Shown here piece after piece: positions 32,223-42,729 of a stretch of 64,000 nucleotides of DNA. Source of the DNA: an uncultured delta proteobacterium (GTDB lineage: Bacteria; Desulfobacterota; Desulfobaccia; Desulfobaccales; 0-14-0-80-60-11); NCBI GenBank assembly GCA_963812655.1, contig CAWEWX010000077.1, positions 18,660 through 82,659 of the forward strand. The letters run 5' to 3'. Position 1 is the stretch's first letter, and the number at the start of each line of letters is the position of its first letter. The notes beneath the pieces are model-generated. The model worked only from the letters and a program-made list of their open reading frames with translations. It ran no database searches and had not been told where the DNA came from. The position numbers and the translations under genes are program-made.

Positions 32223-33932
32223 CTAGGTGAGGTACTTGTTGGTATAGTATTGTTGGATGATGGAAAGCACATTGTTCACCAGCCAATAGATCACCAGGCC
32301 GGAGGCGAAGTTCAGAAACATGAAGGTGAAAATTAAGGGGAGAAACATCATCATTTTGGCCTGGGCGGGGTCCCCCGGGGAGGGGGTCATCTTCTGCTGC
32401 AGGAACATAGTGCCCCCCATGACCAGGGGGGTGATGAGCAGGGGGTCCTTGGTGGACAGGTCCGCCAGCCAGACGATATTGCTAAACGGCAGGGTGGGGA
32501 TGAAGGAGGCGTGGCGCAGCTCGATGGCAGACCCCAGAACCCTGTACAGGGCAATGAATACCGGCAGTTGTATCACCATGGGCAGGCAGCCGGCCAGGGG
32601 GTTGACCTTGAAGGTCCGGTACAGGCCCATCAGCTCCTTGTTCATCGCCTCCTTGTCGTCTTTGTATTTCTCCCGGATCTTGGCCACCTTGGGCTGGAGC
32701 TTCTGCATCGCCTTCATGGACTTGTAGCTTTTGTGGTTGGGATAGAAGAAGAGGATGCGGATCACAAAGGTGAGGATGACGATGGCCCAGCCGTAATTAA
32801 GGGAATAGCGATCAAAAAACCTCAGGGCGGAGAGCAGGGGATGGCCCAGGAAATCGAACCAGCCGAAGTTGACGGCCCGCTCCAGGCCCAGGCTTTTAAG
32901 GTCCTTCAGGTCCTTGGGCCCGAAATAAAGACCATAAGAAAACTGGGCCTCCCGGCCGGCGGCCAGATTTTCCACCGGGGTCCTGAGGCTGGCCACCATG
33001 GGTCCCAGAGGGGTCTCCGTAAGCAGCACCAGGGCCTTGGGGGCCGCCTGGGGCACCATGGCCATCAAGAAATAACCCTCGTCCAGCCCGGCCCAGTCGA
33101 TCTTGCCGGTAAAGGTCCGGGGGTCCTTGAGGCCGCCGCTCTTGATCTCTTGCCAGCTATTATTGACGAAGCCGTTGAACCCCAGAAAGTTGTAACGGGA
33201 GGCCACCTCCCCGGCAAACCGCTCCCTGAGGTCGAGGTCCAACTGCCCATCCAGGGTTTGGCCGGTTTGGTTCACCACCTTCACCCCCAGGTCGAAGGCA
33301 TAGCTGTCCCCCTTAAAGGTGAAGGTCTTGATGAAGGTGAGGCCAGAGCTGCTGCGGCCGGTGAATTGCAGGGTACCCTTATCCGCCCCACTGAGGGTAA
33401 GGCGCGGCTGGGACGCCACCCAGGATATGGTCCCGTCAGCCCCGGAGAGGCTGCGGCCCTGCCAGCCCAGGTCCAGGGGGTAATCCTGGCCAGGGCCGAA
33501 ATTCACCAGTTCTTTGGCCTGGGCCAGGGAATTCTCCGGACTGTGGTAGCGCTCTAATTCGAAAGAGACCGGCCCCAATTTAAACTGGGAGATGGGGGTA
33601 AAGGGCAGGGTCTCCAGGTATTTTTTTAACTGGAAGCTTTTCAGGCGGCCACCCGCATCGGTGAATACCGCCCGAAACAGCGGGGTCTCCACCACCAGGT
33701 CCCGACCCGGCCTGGCCGTGACCGCAGCCGGGGCCAGCGGCGGTTGGACCGCCGGGCTGGCGGGAGCCGGGGCCAGCGGCTCTTGGGCCTTTTGGGTTTG
33801 CTGGGCTTGGGTGGTTTGCTGGCCTTCCTGGGTTGGGGGAACCTGCCCCACCCGAGACCGCTGCCCGACATACATGAACACCACAAAGACCGCCATACTC
33901 AAGGCGAGGGCAATCATAGCCCGTTTTTCCAT
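32223..33932 (-). CDS. yidC: membrane protein insertase YidC
   Basis: 569 aa with an N-terminal TM segment, a large periplasmic domain, and the 60 kDa-IMP core (NYGWAIVILTFVIR...CLPMVIQLPVFIALY...). Confidence 0.95.
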   Translation of the reverse strand: MEKRAMIALALSMAVFVVFMYVGQRSRVGQVPPTQEGQQTTQAQQTQKAQEPLAPAPASPAVQPPLAPAAVTARPGRDLVVETPLFRAVFTDAGGRLKSFQLKKYLETLPFTPISQFKLGPVSFELERYHSPENSLAQAKELVNFGPGQDYPLDLGWQGRSLSGADGTISWVASQPRLTLSGADKGTLQFTGRSSSGLTFIKTFTFKGDSYAFDLGVKVVNQTGQTLDGQLDLDLRERFAGEVASRYNFLGFNGFVNNSWQEIKSGGLKDPRTFTGKIDWAGLDEGYFLMAMVPQAAPKALVLLTETPLGPMVASLRTPVENLAAGREAQFSYGLYFGPKDLKDLKSLGLERAVNFGWFDFLGHPLLSALRFFDRYSLNYGWAIVILTFVIRILFFYPNHKSYKSMKAMQKLQPKVAKIREKYKDDKEAMNKELMGLYRTFKVNPLAGCLPMVIQLPVFIALYRVLGSAIELRHASFIPTLPFSNIVWLADLSTKDPLLITPLVMGGTMFLQQKMTPSPGDPAQAKMMMFLPLIFTFMFLNFASGLVIYWLVNNVLSIIQQYYTNKYLT

Positions 33933-33941
33933 GCGTGACTC

Positions 33942-34151
33942 CTAGGGCACCGGGTCCCAACCCCCGGGGTGAAAAGGATGGCAGCGCAACAGGCGCCGCA
34001 GGCTCAGATAGAAGCCCCGCCGGAAGCCGTGGCGGGCCATGGCCTCGGCGGCGTAATGGGAGCAACTGGGGGCGAACCGGCAGCACGTGGGAAACAGGGG
34101 AGCAATCAGCAACTGGTAGGCCCGGATGGACCAGAGGGCCAATCTAATCAT
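33942..34151 (-). CDS. yidD: membrane protein insertion efficiency factor YidD
   Basis: 69 aa; AYQLLIAPLFPTCCRFAPSCSHYAAEA...CHPFHPGGWDPVP. Confidence 0.9.
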   Translation of the reverse strand: MIRLALWSIRAYQLLIAPLFPTCCRFAPSCSHYAAEAMARHGFRRGFYLSLRRLLRCHPFHPGGWDPVP

Positions 34152-34566
34152 GGACCACCCCCGGGGCCTTCGCCAACAACAGGCCCCCCAACTCTTCCGC
34201 CACCTGCCAATAATTCAGGGCCTCCGCCCCCTGTTTGGCCATGATCACCAGGTCCCTGGGGGGCAAAAGCGCCTTATGCCGCCGGAAAAATTCCCGCAGC
34301 AGCCGCTTCATGCGGTTGCGCTTGGCCGCCTTGCCGAAGCGCCGGGTCACCACCAACCCCAGCCGGGGGGCGGGGGTCTCGGGGGGCGCCAGGGTGATCC
34401 CGAAATGGCGCGAATGCAGCCGCCTCCCCTGGGCCTGGACCCGGAGATAATCGCGACGGCGGCGGAGCCGATCCGCCTTGGTGAAACTAACGATCCCCTT
34501 GATGGTTGGGGTCGGGGCGGGGGTGGGGCGCCGGTCGACGGAATTGGGGGGTGGGCTCAGGATCAC
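34144..34566 (-). CDS. rnpA: ribonuclease P protein component RnpA
   Basis: LGLVVTRRFGKAAKRNRMKRLLREFFR (RNR motif). Sits between rpmH and yidD. The start (GTG 34566) is uncertain and the N-terminal ~25 aa may not be translated. Confidence 0.8.
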   Translation of the reverse strand: MILSPPPNSVDRRPTPAPTPTIKGIVSFTKADRLRRRRDYLRVQAQGRRLHSRHFGITLAPPETPAPRLGLVVTRRFGKAAKRNRMKRLLREFFRRHKALLPPRDLVIMAKQGAEALNYWQVAEELGGLLLAKAPGVVHD

Positions 34567-34576
34567 TCCGCCGGCG

Positions 34577-34714
34577 CTAAACCGTCAAGCGTTTCCGACC
34601 CTTGGCCCGGCGGCGGTTGATGACCTGGCGGCCACCCCGGGTGCTCATCCGCTCCAGGAAGCCGTGGGTTCTGGACCGACGCAGATTATGGGGTTGATAG
34701 GTGCGCTTGGACAT
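34577..34714 (-). CDS. rpmH: 50S ribosomal protein L34
   Basis: Not in the ORF track (45 aa). My translation of the minus strand gives [45 protein letters not shown]. Confidence 0.95.
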   Translation of the reverse strand: MSKRTYQPHNLRRSRTHGFLERMSTRGGRQVINRRRAKGRKRLTV

Positions 34715-34749
34715 TTGCTCATCCTTATCACGGAACGTTTTCCAACCAT

Positions 34750-34780
34750 TTTATAAACCATTTATAGGTCTTTTTGTCAA
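34750..34780 (-). promoter_or_regulatory. candidate rpmH promoter
   Basis: Minus strand has TTGACA (34775-80), then an 18-19 nt spacer, then TTATAA/TATAAA, about 35 nt upstream of the rpmH ATG. Confidence 0.35.
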
Positions 34781-35084
34781 GGGACCGCCCAGATTTTCTC
34801 CGGTTCCCGGCCCCTTGACTTATCCGGGTACCTGTGTCAACCAGGAGAGGCGGTGGCCGCCTGTCCTGTCCAGGCCATGGTCCCCAAGGCCCGGACATCC
34901 TGGAAAGTCAAGGGCCGTTCCAGCAACCACCAATTTTTAAGTTGGATTTTATAGACGAAATAACATAGAATTAAAAAGCTAGAGCTATATTAACCATTTC
35001 TCGACTCTATGGACCGGGTGCCTTTGGGCCCTCTGGCCGGCTCATACCCCACTGGACCTCAAGCAGTGTTTCCACGAAGATTAA

Positions 35085-36125
<1,041 letters not shown>

Positions 36126-36130
36126 GGCAG

Positions 36131-36970
36131 TTGGCTTTGCGCCCTAACTTGCACTACCGCACTCCGTTGATCGTGGCCCTGGCTCTCTTGCTGTTTTTCT
36201 CCGTCCTTTCCCTCAGCCTGAAGCAATCACCGGTCCTGAAGGAGGTGGAAGGGTTGGTGGTTTCCGCCACTGCCCCCGGATTGCAGGCCCTGGAATCTTT
36301 GGGCCGCCGCGGCAGGGGCCTCTGGCAGGGCTACATCGACCTGGTGGGGGCCCGACAGGAGAACGTCCAACTGCACCGGAGCCTGGAGGAATACCAGCAG
36401 AAGGAAATCCGTTTTCAGGAAGCCCAGCAGGCCCTGATTCGCCTGGAAGCGCTCTTGGACCTGAAGAGACAGGTGGCCCTGCCGGTGATTGGCGCCCGGG
36501 TCATCGCCTACGACCCGTCCCTGTGGTCCCGCAGCGCCCTCATCGATCAGGGGAAGGCCCAGGGGGTGAAGATCGGGCTGCCGGTGCTGGGGCCGGAGGG
36601 TATCGTCGGGCGAGTCGTGGAGACCTATCCCCAGTACGCCAAGGTGATGCTCATCGTGGACCGCAAGAGCGGCGCCGACGCCATGGTGCAGCGCACCCGG
36701 GTGCGGGGCATCCTCCAAGGCCAGGGAGGCAACCGCTGCTCCCTGGATTTCGTCCCCAAGAGCGCCGACGTCCAGGTGGGGGACCTGGTCCTGGCAGCCG
36801 GCCTGGCCGGCATTTATCCCAAGGGCTTGGTCTTCGGCAAGGTCACCGCGGCCAACAAAAAGAGCCCCGGAGTCTTCCAGGAAATCGAAGTGACCCCCGC
36901 CGTGGACCTGTCGACCCTGGAAGAAGTCCTGGTAATCAAAGTCGCCAACCTCAGCCTGTCGGAACCATGA
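36131..36970 (+). CDS. mreC: rod shape-determining protein MreC
   Basis: N-terminal TM segment, a coiled-coil region (ENVQLHRSLEEYQQKEIRF) and a C-terminal beta domain (GLPVLGPEGIVGRV...GIYPKGL). Position is between mreB and mreD. TTG start. Confidence 0.85.
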   Translation: MALRPNLHYRTPLIVALALLLFFSVLSLSLKQSPVLKEVEGLVVSATAPGLQALESLGRRGRGLWQGYIDLVGARQENVQLHRSLEEYQQKEIRFQEAQQALIRLEALLDLKRQVALPVIGARVIAYDPSLWSRSALIDQGKAQGVKIGLPVLGPEGIVGRVVETYPQYAKVMLIVDRKSGADAMVQRTRVRGILQGQGGNRCSLDFVPKSADVQVGDLVLAAGLAGIYPKGLVFGKVTAANKKSPGVFQEIEVTPAVDLSTLEEVLVIKVANLSLSEP

Positions 36971-37494
36971 TCGCCGCCCTTCTCGGATACAGCTTCCTGG
37001 CCCTCGCCATTTTCTACCTGCAGAACCTGGCGTTCTTCCCGCAGATGCACCTGCGGCTGCTGGCCCTGCTGCTGTTCTACCTGGGTTTGCGGCCCTCTCT
37101 GGCCCTGGCCCTGGCCCTGGCGGTTGCCGTGGGAGTCTTGCAGGACAGCTTCGCCACCACTCCCTACGGGCTTCACCTGGGCGCGGCCCTGTTGCTGGTG
37201 GCGGCGGCCCGCTTCTTTTGCCAGCGTCTGCCCCAGCAGCGGTTCGGCCTCCAGGCGGTGGCCTGCCTGCTGGCCCTGGTCCTGCAAGAGGTCTTCCTGC
37301 AGGCGAGTCTCATCACCTTGGGCTACGCAGGCGGACTGGCCTGGGGGCAGATGTTTCATCACGCCGCGGAAATTCTGTTTACCGCGGCCCTGGGGCCTTT
37401 AATGTATTTACTGGTGCGTGGCCTGGAAAGATTTCTGGGCCGCTACGGCTGGCGTCCTACGAGCCAGCCCGGGCTTTACCGGCCTCTGGCGTAA
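36967..37494 (+). CDS. mreD: rod shape-determining protein MreD
   Basis: ATG 36967 overlaps the mreC stop (ATGA). 175 aa, strongly hydrophobic with 4-5 TM segments. The track ORF 36523-37494 contains it in frame with a spurious N-terminal extension. Confidence 0.7.
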   Translation: MIAALLGYSFLALAIFYLQNLAFFPQMHLRLLALLLFYLGLRPSLALALALAVAVGVLQDSFATTPYGLHLGAALLLVAAARFFCQRLPQQRFGLQAVACLLALVLQEVFLQASLITLGYAGGLAWGQMFHHAAEILFTAALGPLMYLLVRGLERFLGRYGWRPTSQPGLYRPLA

Positions 37495-37607
37495 TGGTGG
37501 GGCGGCGGTCTCCCTGGCCGCCTCTCAGGCGGACGGATTACTGCGGCCTGTCCCACCAAATGCTAGGACAAGACCTTACCGAGACGGGACCGTTGACTGA
37601 GAGCGCC

Positions 37608-39524
37608 ATGGCCCACCCCAAGCTGAATCTGGAAGAGAACCATTTTGGGGACTTTAAGTTCCTGGGAACTTCCACCGGCGGCGCCATGCCCCCGGATGAA
37701 CAGGAGCGGGTGCGGCGCAATTTTTCCGCGGTGGCCCTCATTGTCCTGATCCTCTTTGCCCTCCTGTTCCTGCGCCTCTGGTTTCTACAATTGGTGCAGG
37801 GTGAATACCTGCGCCAACGCTCGGAACAAAACCGCATCCACCTCATAGACCTGCCCCCCTGGCGGGGCAAGATTCTGGACCGCGACGGCCAGGTTCTGGT
37901 GGACAACCGGCCCAGCTATGAACTGATGGCGGTCTTGGAAGACGTGGGAGACATTGCGCTCCTGAGCCGCCGGCTGGCGGTTTTGCTCCATATGGATCAG
38001 AAGCAGATCGCCGCCCAGTTGGAAAACGCCCGGGCCAACGGCCTCTACCAGGTACGCCTCCGGGGAGACCTGAGCTGGGAAGACCTGGCCCAGGTGGCCA
38101 CTTATCAACCGGAGTTGCCCGGAGTCCTGGTGCAGGTCCAGCCCAAACGGGAGTACCGCCAAAATGGGCAGGCGGCCCATGTCCTGGGTTATCTGGGGGA
38201 GATTAGCGAAGCCCAGCTCAAGAACGGCAAGTTTGCCAATTACAAGGCGGGGGACTACGTGGGCCGTTGCGGCGTCGAACTGGCCTGGGATAACTATCTC
38301 ATGGGCGCCCGGGGCCACCGCCGCATCGAAGTGGACGCTTATGGCCGGGAATTCGGCCAAATGGACTCGATTTCCCCCACCCCCGGGGCCAACATCTACC
38401 TGACCCTGGATAGCCGCATGCAGCAGGAGGCCGAGGATTGCCTGGAAGGCAAGGCGGGAGCCATCGTCGCCCTGGATCCCCGGAACGGCAAGATTCTGGC
38501 CCTGGCCTCTTCCCCATCCTTTTCCCAGGAGGCCTTTGAGCGGGGGCTGGCGCCCCAGGAATGGCAACGGCTCAGCCAGGATAAGAGCCATCCCCTGGAA
38601 AACCGCGCCCTCCAGGGACAGTATCCCCCAGGTTCCACTTTCAAAATTATCATGGCGGTGGCCGGCCTGGAAGAGCAGGTCATCACCCCCGAAACCACCT
38701 TTAATTGCACCGGGTCCCTGGTCTGCGGCGACCACGTGTTCAAATGCTGGAAAAAGGGCGGCCACGGCAAGGTCGATCTCCATAGGGCCCTGGTGGAATC
38801 TTGCGACGTCTATTTTTATGAGCTGGGGGAGAGGCTGGGGATTGACCGCATTGCCAAGTGGAGCCGCCGCTTCGGCCTGGGACAACCCAGCGGCCTGCAT
38901 CTGGATAAAGAGATGCCCGGGCTGGTGGCCTCCAGCGAATGGAAAAGGGCCCGCTTCCACCAGGCCTGGCACGAAGGGGAGACCCTGTCGGTCGCCATTG
39001 GCCAGGGCTATAACCTGGTCACCCCGCTCCAGATGGCCCAGGTGGCCGCGGCCATAGCCAACGGCGGCCTGATCTATGAGCCGCAGTTAGTGGAAAAAGC
39101 GGAGAGTCCTACCGGAGAGGTTATTTTTCAGTCCCAGCCGCAGGTCAAGTATCGCCTGGGGGCCAGTCCGGCCACCATCGCCGCGGTGCAGCAGGGCCTG
39201 GAGGGGGTGGTGGCGGAGGAGGCCGGGACCGGCAAGACGGCCCGCCTGGCCCAGATCCAGGTGGCCGGCAAGACCGGCACCGCCCAGGTGGTGGCCACGG
39301 AGAGGCTGGAAGAGGAGAAAAAAGGCGGTACCCGCGAGAAGATCCTCAGGTATCAGAACCATGCCTGGTTCGTGGGTTACGCCCCGGCGGACACCCCCCG
39401 GGTGGCCGTGGCGGTGCTGGTGGAACACGGCGGCCACGGCGGCACGGATGCCGGGCCTCTGGCCCGGCGGGTCATCGCCGCGGCCTTCCGGGAGCACGAG
39501 CCCCGGGTGGCCCAATCGGAATAA
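37608..39524 (+). CDS. mrdA: penicillin-binding protein 2 (elongasome transpeptidase)
   Basis: TM anchor AVALIVLILFALLFL, PBP dimerisation domain, SxxK (GSTFK) and KTGTAQ. Start is ATG 37608 or 37560; the track start 37218 overlaps mreD and is rejected. Confidence 0.9.
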   Translation: MAHPKLNLEENHFGDFKFLGTSTGGAMPPDEQERVRRNFSAVALIVLILFALLFLRLWFLQLVQGEYLRQRSEQNRIHLIDLPPWRGKILDRDGQVLVDNRPSYELMAVLEDVGDIALLSRRLAVLLHMDQKQIAAQLENARANGLYQVRLRGDLSWEDLAQVATYQPELPGVLVQVQPKREYRQNGQAAHVLGYLGEISEAQLKNGKFANYKAGDYVGRCGVELAWDNYLMGARGHRRIEVDAYGREFGQMDSISPTPGANIYLTLDSRMQQEAEDCLEGKAGAIVALDPRNGKILALASSPSFSQEAFERGLAPQEWQRLSQDKSHPLENRALQGQYPPGSTFKIIMAVAGLEEQVITPETTFNCTGSLVCGDHVFKCWKKGGHGKVDLHRALVESCDVYFYELGERLGIDRIAKWSRRFGLGQPSGLHLDKEMPGLVASSEWKRARFHQAWHEGETLSVAIGQGYNLVTPLQMAQVAAAIANGGLIYEPQLVEKAESPTGEVIFQSQPQVKYRLGASPATIAAVQQGLEGVVAEEAGTGKTARLAQIQVAGKTGTAQVVATERLEEEKKGGTREKILRYQNHAWFVGYAPADTPRVAVAVLVEHGGHGGTDAGPLARRVIAAAFREHEPRVAQSE

Positions 39525-39526
39525 TA

Positions 39527-39545
39527 CGGTTTTCGGTTTTCGGTT
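39527..39545 (+). repeat. heptanucleotide array
   Basis: CGGTTTT CGGTTTT CGGTT, beginning 3 nt after the mrdA stop. A related CGGTTCT TTTCTTT CGGTTTT occurs at 63294-63314. Confidence 0.7.
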
Positions 39546-39574
39546 AAAAGAAAAATAAAACTGCCTTGCCCCCT

Positions 39575-40249
39575 TCAATCTGATCCGACCTCCACCTCCC
39601 CGCCGTCCCAGCCATATTTGCCGATAAGACGCACGAAGCGGCAGCCGCCGTGGTATTCGTACTGCAACCCCTCCCCGGTCTGGCGCACGCAGGTCAGGGT
39701 TTGGGTGAACCTGTCCCCCACCGGAATCACCAGCCGTCCCCCCACGGCCAGTTGCTCCACCAGGGGCCTGGGGACCTGCGGGGCCCCGGCGGTGACTATG
39801 ATGCCGTCGAAGGGGGCCTCCTCCGGCCAGCCCAGGGTGCCGTCCCCCACCCGGATGCGAATGTTCCGGTAACCCAAGGAATCCAAGATCGATTGGGCTT
39901 GATCCGCCAGGCCGCCCCTGCGGTCGATGCTGAAGACCGCGGCGGCCAACTCCGCCAGGACCGCCGCCTGGTAGCCGGAGCCGGTGCCCACCTCCAGGAC
40001 CCGGTCCGTCTCCTGGAGCCCCAGGATCTCGGTCATGAGGCCCACGATGTACGGCTGGGAGATGGTCTGGTCTTCCCCGATGGGCAGGGGATAGTCACCG
40101 TAGGCCTGGCTCCAGAGAGGCTCAGGGATAAAGCGGTGCCGGGGCACCTGGCGCAGCGCGGCCAGCACCCGGGGGTCGGCCACCCCCCGGGCCCGGATTT
40201 GCTCTGCCACCATGCGGTCCCGGACCGCGGCAAATTGATCCTCGGGCAT
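39575..40249 (-). CDS. pcm: protein-L-isoaspartate O-methyltransferase (cytoplasmic paralog)
   Basis: [34 protein letters not shown] and the canonical end CRFVRLIG. No signal peptide. Confidence 0.9.
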   Translation of the reverse strand: MPEDQFAAVRDRMVAEQIRARGVADPRVLAALRQVPRHRFIPEPLWSQAYGDYPLPIGEDQTISQPYIVGLMTEILGLQETDRVLEVGTGSGYQAAVLAELAAAVFSIDRRGGLADQAQSILDSLGYRNIRIRVGDGTLGWPEEAPFDGIIVTAGAPQVPRPLVEQLAVGGRLVIPVGDRFTQTLTCVRQTGEGLQYEYHGGCRFVRLIGKYGWDGGEVEVGSD

Positions 40250-40360
40250 GAAATATTCCTTTCAGGAACAGCTTCCAGCAGCAAGGCGCTCCGGCCTGCG
40301 GTCACCAGGTGCGACTCGCTGGGGCCCCTTATCCGGCCAGATCGTTAAAATAATATTCCC

Positions 40361-40391
40361 CCTCGTTCCCAAGTTCAACTTGGGAACGAGG
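40361..40391. repeat. perfect 14 bp-stem REP-like hairpin
   Basis: CCTCGTTCCCAAGT-TCA-ACTTGGGAACGAGG. A related GTTCCCCAACAGGAGCTTGGGAAC hairpin lies at 57560-57583. Confidence 0.8.
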
Positions 40392-40520
40392 ATTCAAGCA
40401 GGTTTTGGCAGGGGAAGCTGGAATATTTTTTTCTCAGGCTAATAATTTTCCGCGGCGGGGCAGGCGCCGGTGGGCGCCGGGACGATGGACCAATGGCTGA
40501 TTCTTTAATATAATTACCTT

Positions 40521-40727
40521 ATGGAAGCGATGGCCCGCTGCCGTTTTCACCCGGACCGGGAGGCCTGGGTCCAGTGCCAGAAACATGAAGTGGGATACTG
40601 CCGGGAGTGCTTGGACGCCTGCCGGGCCTGCACCGACCCCTGCCTCTACTGCAAGTTCCGCCCGGGCTGCGTCATCTGGGAGCTCTGCCGCAAGGAGGCC
40701 AAAAAACGCTGCAAGGAAAAGGGGTGA
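40521..40727 (+). CDS. small Cys-rich putative zinc-finger protein (68 aa), possibly leaderless
   Basis: 11 Cys and 2 His in CxxH/CxxC spacing (CRFH-x8-CQKH-x4-CREC-x3-CRAC-x3-CLYC). Genome-like GC3 and no SD sequence. TATAAT at 40509-14 ends 7 nt before the A of the ATG. Confidence 0.45.
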   Translation: MEAMARCRFHPDREAWVQCQKHEVGYCRECLDACRACTDPCLYCKFRPGCVIWELCRKEAKKRCKEKG

Positions 40728-40751
40728 GGCGCCAGCCGGGGTGCGCCTCTT

Positions 40752-42047
40752 TCACAGCTTCTTCTCCCACCGGAGCAAATCGGCCACCTGGGCCAGGGTG
40801 CGGCCTTCCTTGATCTCCTCCCGGATGCGATTCTCCTTTTCCAGGACGTCCATGGACCGGTTGGCGTATTCCACCGCCAGGTTCCGGGGCAGGACCACCA
40901 CCCCATCGTCATCCCCCAGGACCCAGTCGCCGCTCTCCACCTTGACGCCCCCCACCCGGATGGGCACCCCGATTTCTCCGAAGCCCTTGGGTTCTCCGGC
41001 GTTGGGCATCACCAGGCGGGAGAAGGCCGGAAAACCCAGCTTGGCGATGTCGCCCGAGTCTCTGATGGCGCCGTCGACCACCACCCCGTTTAGTCCTCGC
41101 TGCAGGGCCGAATTGGTGGCCAGTTCCCCCCAGATGGCAGGCCCCACCCCGCCGGCGTCGATGACCAGCACGTCCCCCGGCTGGGCCAGGTCGATGGCCT
41201 CTACCGGCTTGGCCCAATCCCCGGGATAGGTCCGCACCGTCAGGGCCGGGCCCACCAGGCGGATCCCGGGAAACAGGGGCCGCAGCCCCTCCAGAACCCC
41301 GCTCCGGTGCAGGGCGTCGGAGAGATTGGAGCTGGAGACCAACTCCAGCACCTCCCGGATCTCCTCCTCCCCCACCCGTTTGAACAGGGTGGTGGGAATC
41401 ACCGCGCCCTCATCCAGGGCCCGGCGGATCTCCCGGGTGGCCGCGGCCGGGTCCTTGGCCTTGGTGATGGCGCCCCCCACGATGACGTAGCCGGCCCCGT
41501 GGGCCACCGCCTGGGCGGCGGTCTCGGAGTTGATCCCTCCGGCCACTCCCACCGGCACCCGCACCGCCCCGCTGATCGCGGCCAACAGCGCAAAGGGGTC
41601 TTGTCCCCCGCCCCGCATCTGTTCGTCAATGGCCAGGTGTACCGAGATGTAGTCCGCCCCCAGCGCCTCCACCTGGCGGGCCCGGGCCAGTGGGTCGGCC
41701 ACCGCGATGAGGTCCACCGCAATCTTGGCCCCGTAATTCTTGCCGGCCTGGACACACTCGGCAATGGTGGCGTCGGTGGCGGCCCCCAGCACGTCGACGA
41801 TCTGGGCCCCGGCCTTGGCCGCGGTCTCCACCTCCACCCGCCCGGCATCCATGATCTTCATGTCCGCCACGATGACCTTGCCGGGGAAGAGGCGCCGCAA
41901 CTCCCGCACCGCATCGAGGCCTTCGCTCTTGATCAAGGGGGTGCCGGCCTCCACCCAATCCACCCCGGCGGGCACCGCCAACTCCGCCACCTGCACCGCC
42001 CGGTGCAGGTCCACAAAATCCAGCGCCAGTTGCAATATGGGAGGCAT
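40752..42047 (-). CDS. fusion protein: 3-hexulose-6-phosphate synthase (OMPdecase-family) + RraA-like domain
   Basis: N-terminal half ILQLALDFVDL...VADMKIMDAG...VGVAGGI (HPS/HumpS). C-terminal half with RraA/DlpA-type motifs (PGDVLVIDAGG...GELAT..., GDWVLGDDDGVVVLP). Confidence 0.8.
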   Translation of the reverse strand: MPPILQLALDFVDLHRAVQVAELAVPAGVDWVEAGTPLIKSEGLDAVRELRRLFPGKVIVADMKIMDAGRVEVETAAKAGAQIVDVLGAATDATIAECVQAGKNYGAKIAVDLIAVADPLARARQVEALGADYISVHLAIDEQMRGGGQDPFALLAAISGAVRVPVGVAGGINSETAAQAVAHGAGYVIVGGAITKAKDPAAATREIRRALDEGAVIPTTLFKRVGEEEIREVLELVSSSNLSDALHRSGVLEGLRPLFPGIRLVGPALTVRTYPGDWAKPVEAIDLAQPGDVLVIDAGGVGPAIWGELATNSALQRGLNGVVVDGAIRDSGDIAKLGFPAFSRLVMPNAGEPKGFGEIGVPIRVGGVKVESGDWVLGDDDGVVVLPRNLAVEYANRSMDVLEKENRIREEIKEGRTLAQVADLLRWEKKL

Positions 42048-42085
42048 GTGAATATCCTTGGGATTCTTTGCTGTGAAAGAAGAAT

Positions 42086-42167
42086 AAGTAGTCAGTAGTC
42101 AGTTACTATTTTTTGGAGGTTAAGCCAGCGGTTTTACTGGCAACTGGCTACTGACTACTGGCAACTG
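42086..42167. repeat. inverted pair of CAGT-heptad arrays
   Basis: Plus strand AAGTAGT CAGTAGT CAGTTAC (42086-106). Minus strand, 1 nt after the PHI stop: CAGTTGC CAGTAGT CAGTAGC CAGTTGC CAGTAAA (42167-42133). CAGTAGTCAGTAG can pair with CTACTGACTACTG (13 bp). Confidence 0.8.
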
Positions 42168-42168
42168 C

Positions 42169-42729
42169 CTACTCCAAATCGGCGTGGCGCTCCAGGATTC
42201 CTCCGTAGTCTTGGCCGGAGCACCTCCGGTAAAGGAGGAGGACCACCGCCTCCAGGAACAGAAAGGCGGCCTGTTCGAAGAGGCTGCCGGGGCATTGGAC
42301 CGAGGCGGTCTCCTGGGTCCGGGTCAGCTTGGTGGTGCCGGGGATGGTGATGACCACCTGGGCTTCCCGGCCGATGGTGGAGTCGGTATGGGCGGTGAGA
42401 CCCAGGGTGCGGGCCCCCACGGTGTTGGCCCGGCGCTGCATCTCCCGGGGCTGGGCCGTCTCCCCCGAGCCGGACATCACCACCAGCAAGTCACCCGGGC
42501 GGATGCGGGGAGTGGTAGTCTCTCCCACGAAATAGACGGCATACCCCAGGTGCATCAGCCGCATCAAGAAGCCCCGGAGGATAAAGCCGGAGCGGCCGCT
42601 GGCGCACCCGAAGATGCGGGGTGCGGCTGCAAGCTCCCTGATCAGGGTCTCGGGCATCTCCGGAGTAATCCGGGCCAGCACGTCGCCCAGCTCCTGGTGC
42701 ATATGCTCCAAGGCCGCGGAAAAATCCAT
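42169..42729 (-). CDS. 6-phospho-3-hexuloisomerase (SIS domain)
   Basis: IFGCASGRSGFILRGFLMRLMHLG and LLVVMSGSGET. Adjacent to the HPS fusion. Start at ATG 42729 gives 186 aa; upstream in-frame ATGs exist. Confidence 0.8.
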   Translation of the reverse strand: MDFSAALEHMHQELGDVLARITPEMPETLIRELAAAPRIFGCASGRSGFILRGFLMRLMHLGYAVYFVGETTTPRIRPGDLLVVMSGSGETAQPREMQRRANTVGARTLGLTAHTDSTIGREAQVVITIPGTTKLTRTQETASVQCPGSLFEQAAFLFLEAVVLLLYRRCSGQDYGGILERHADLE

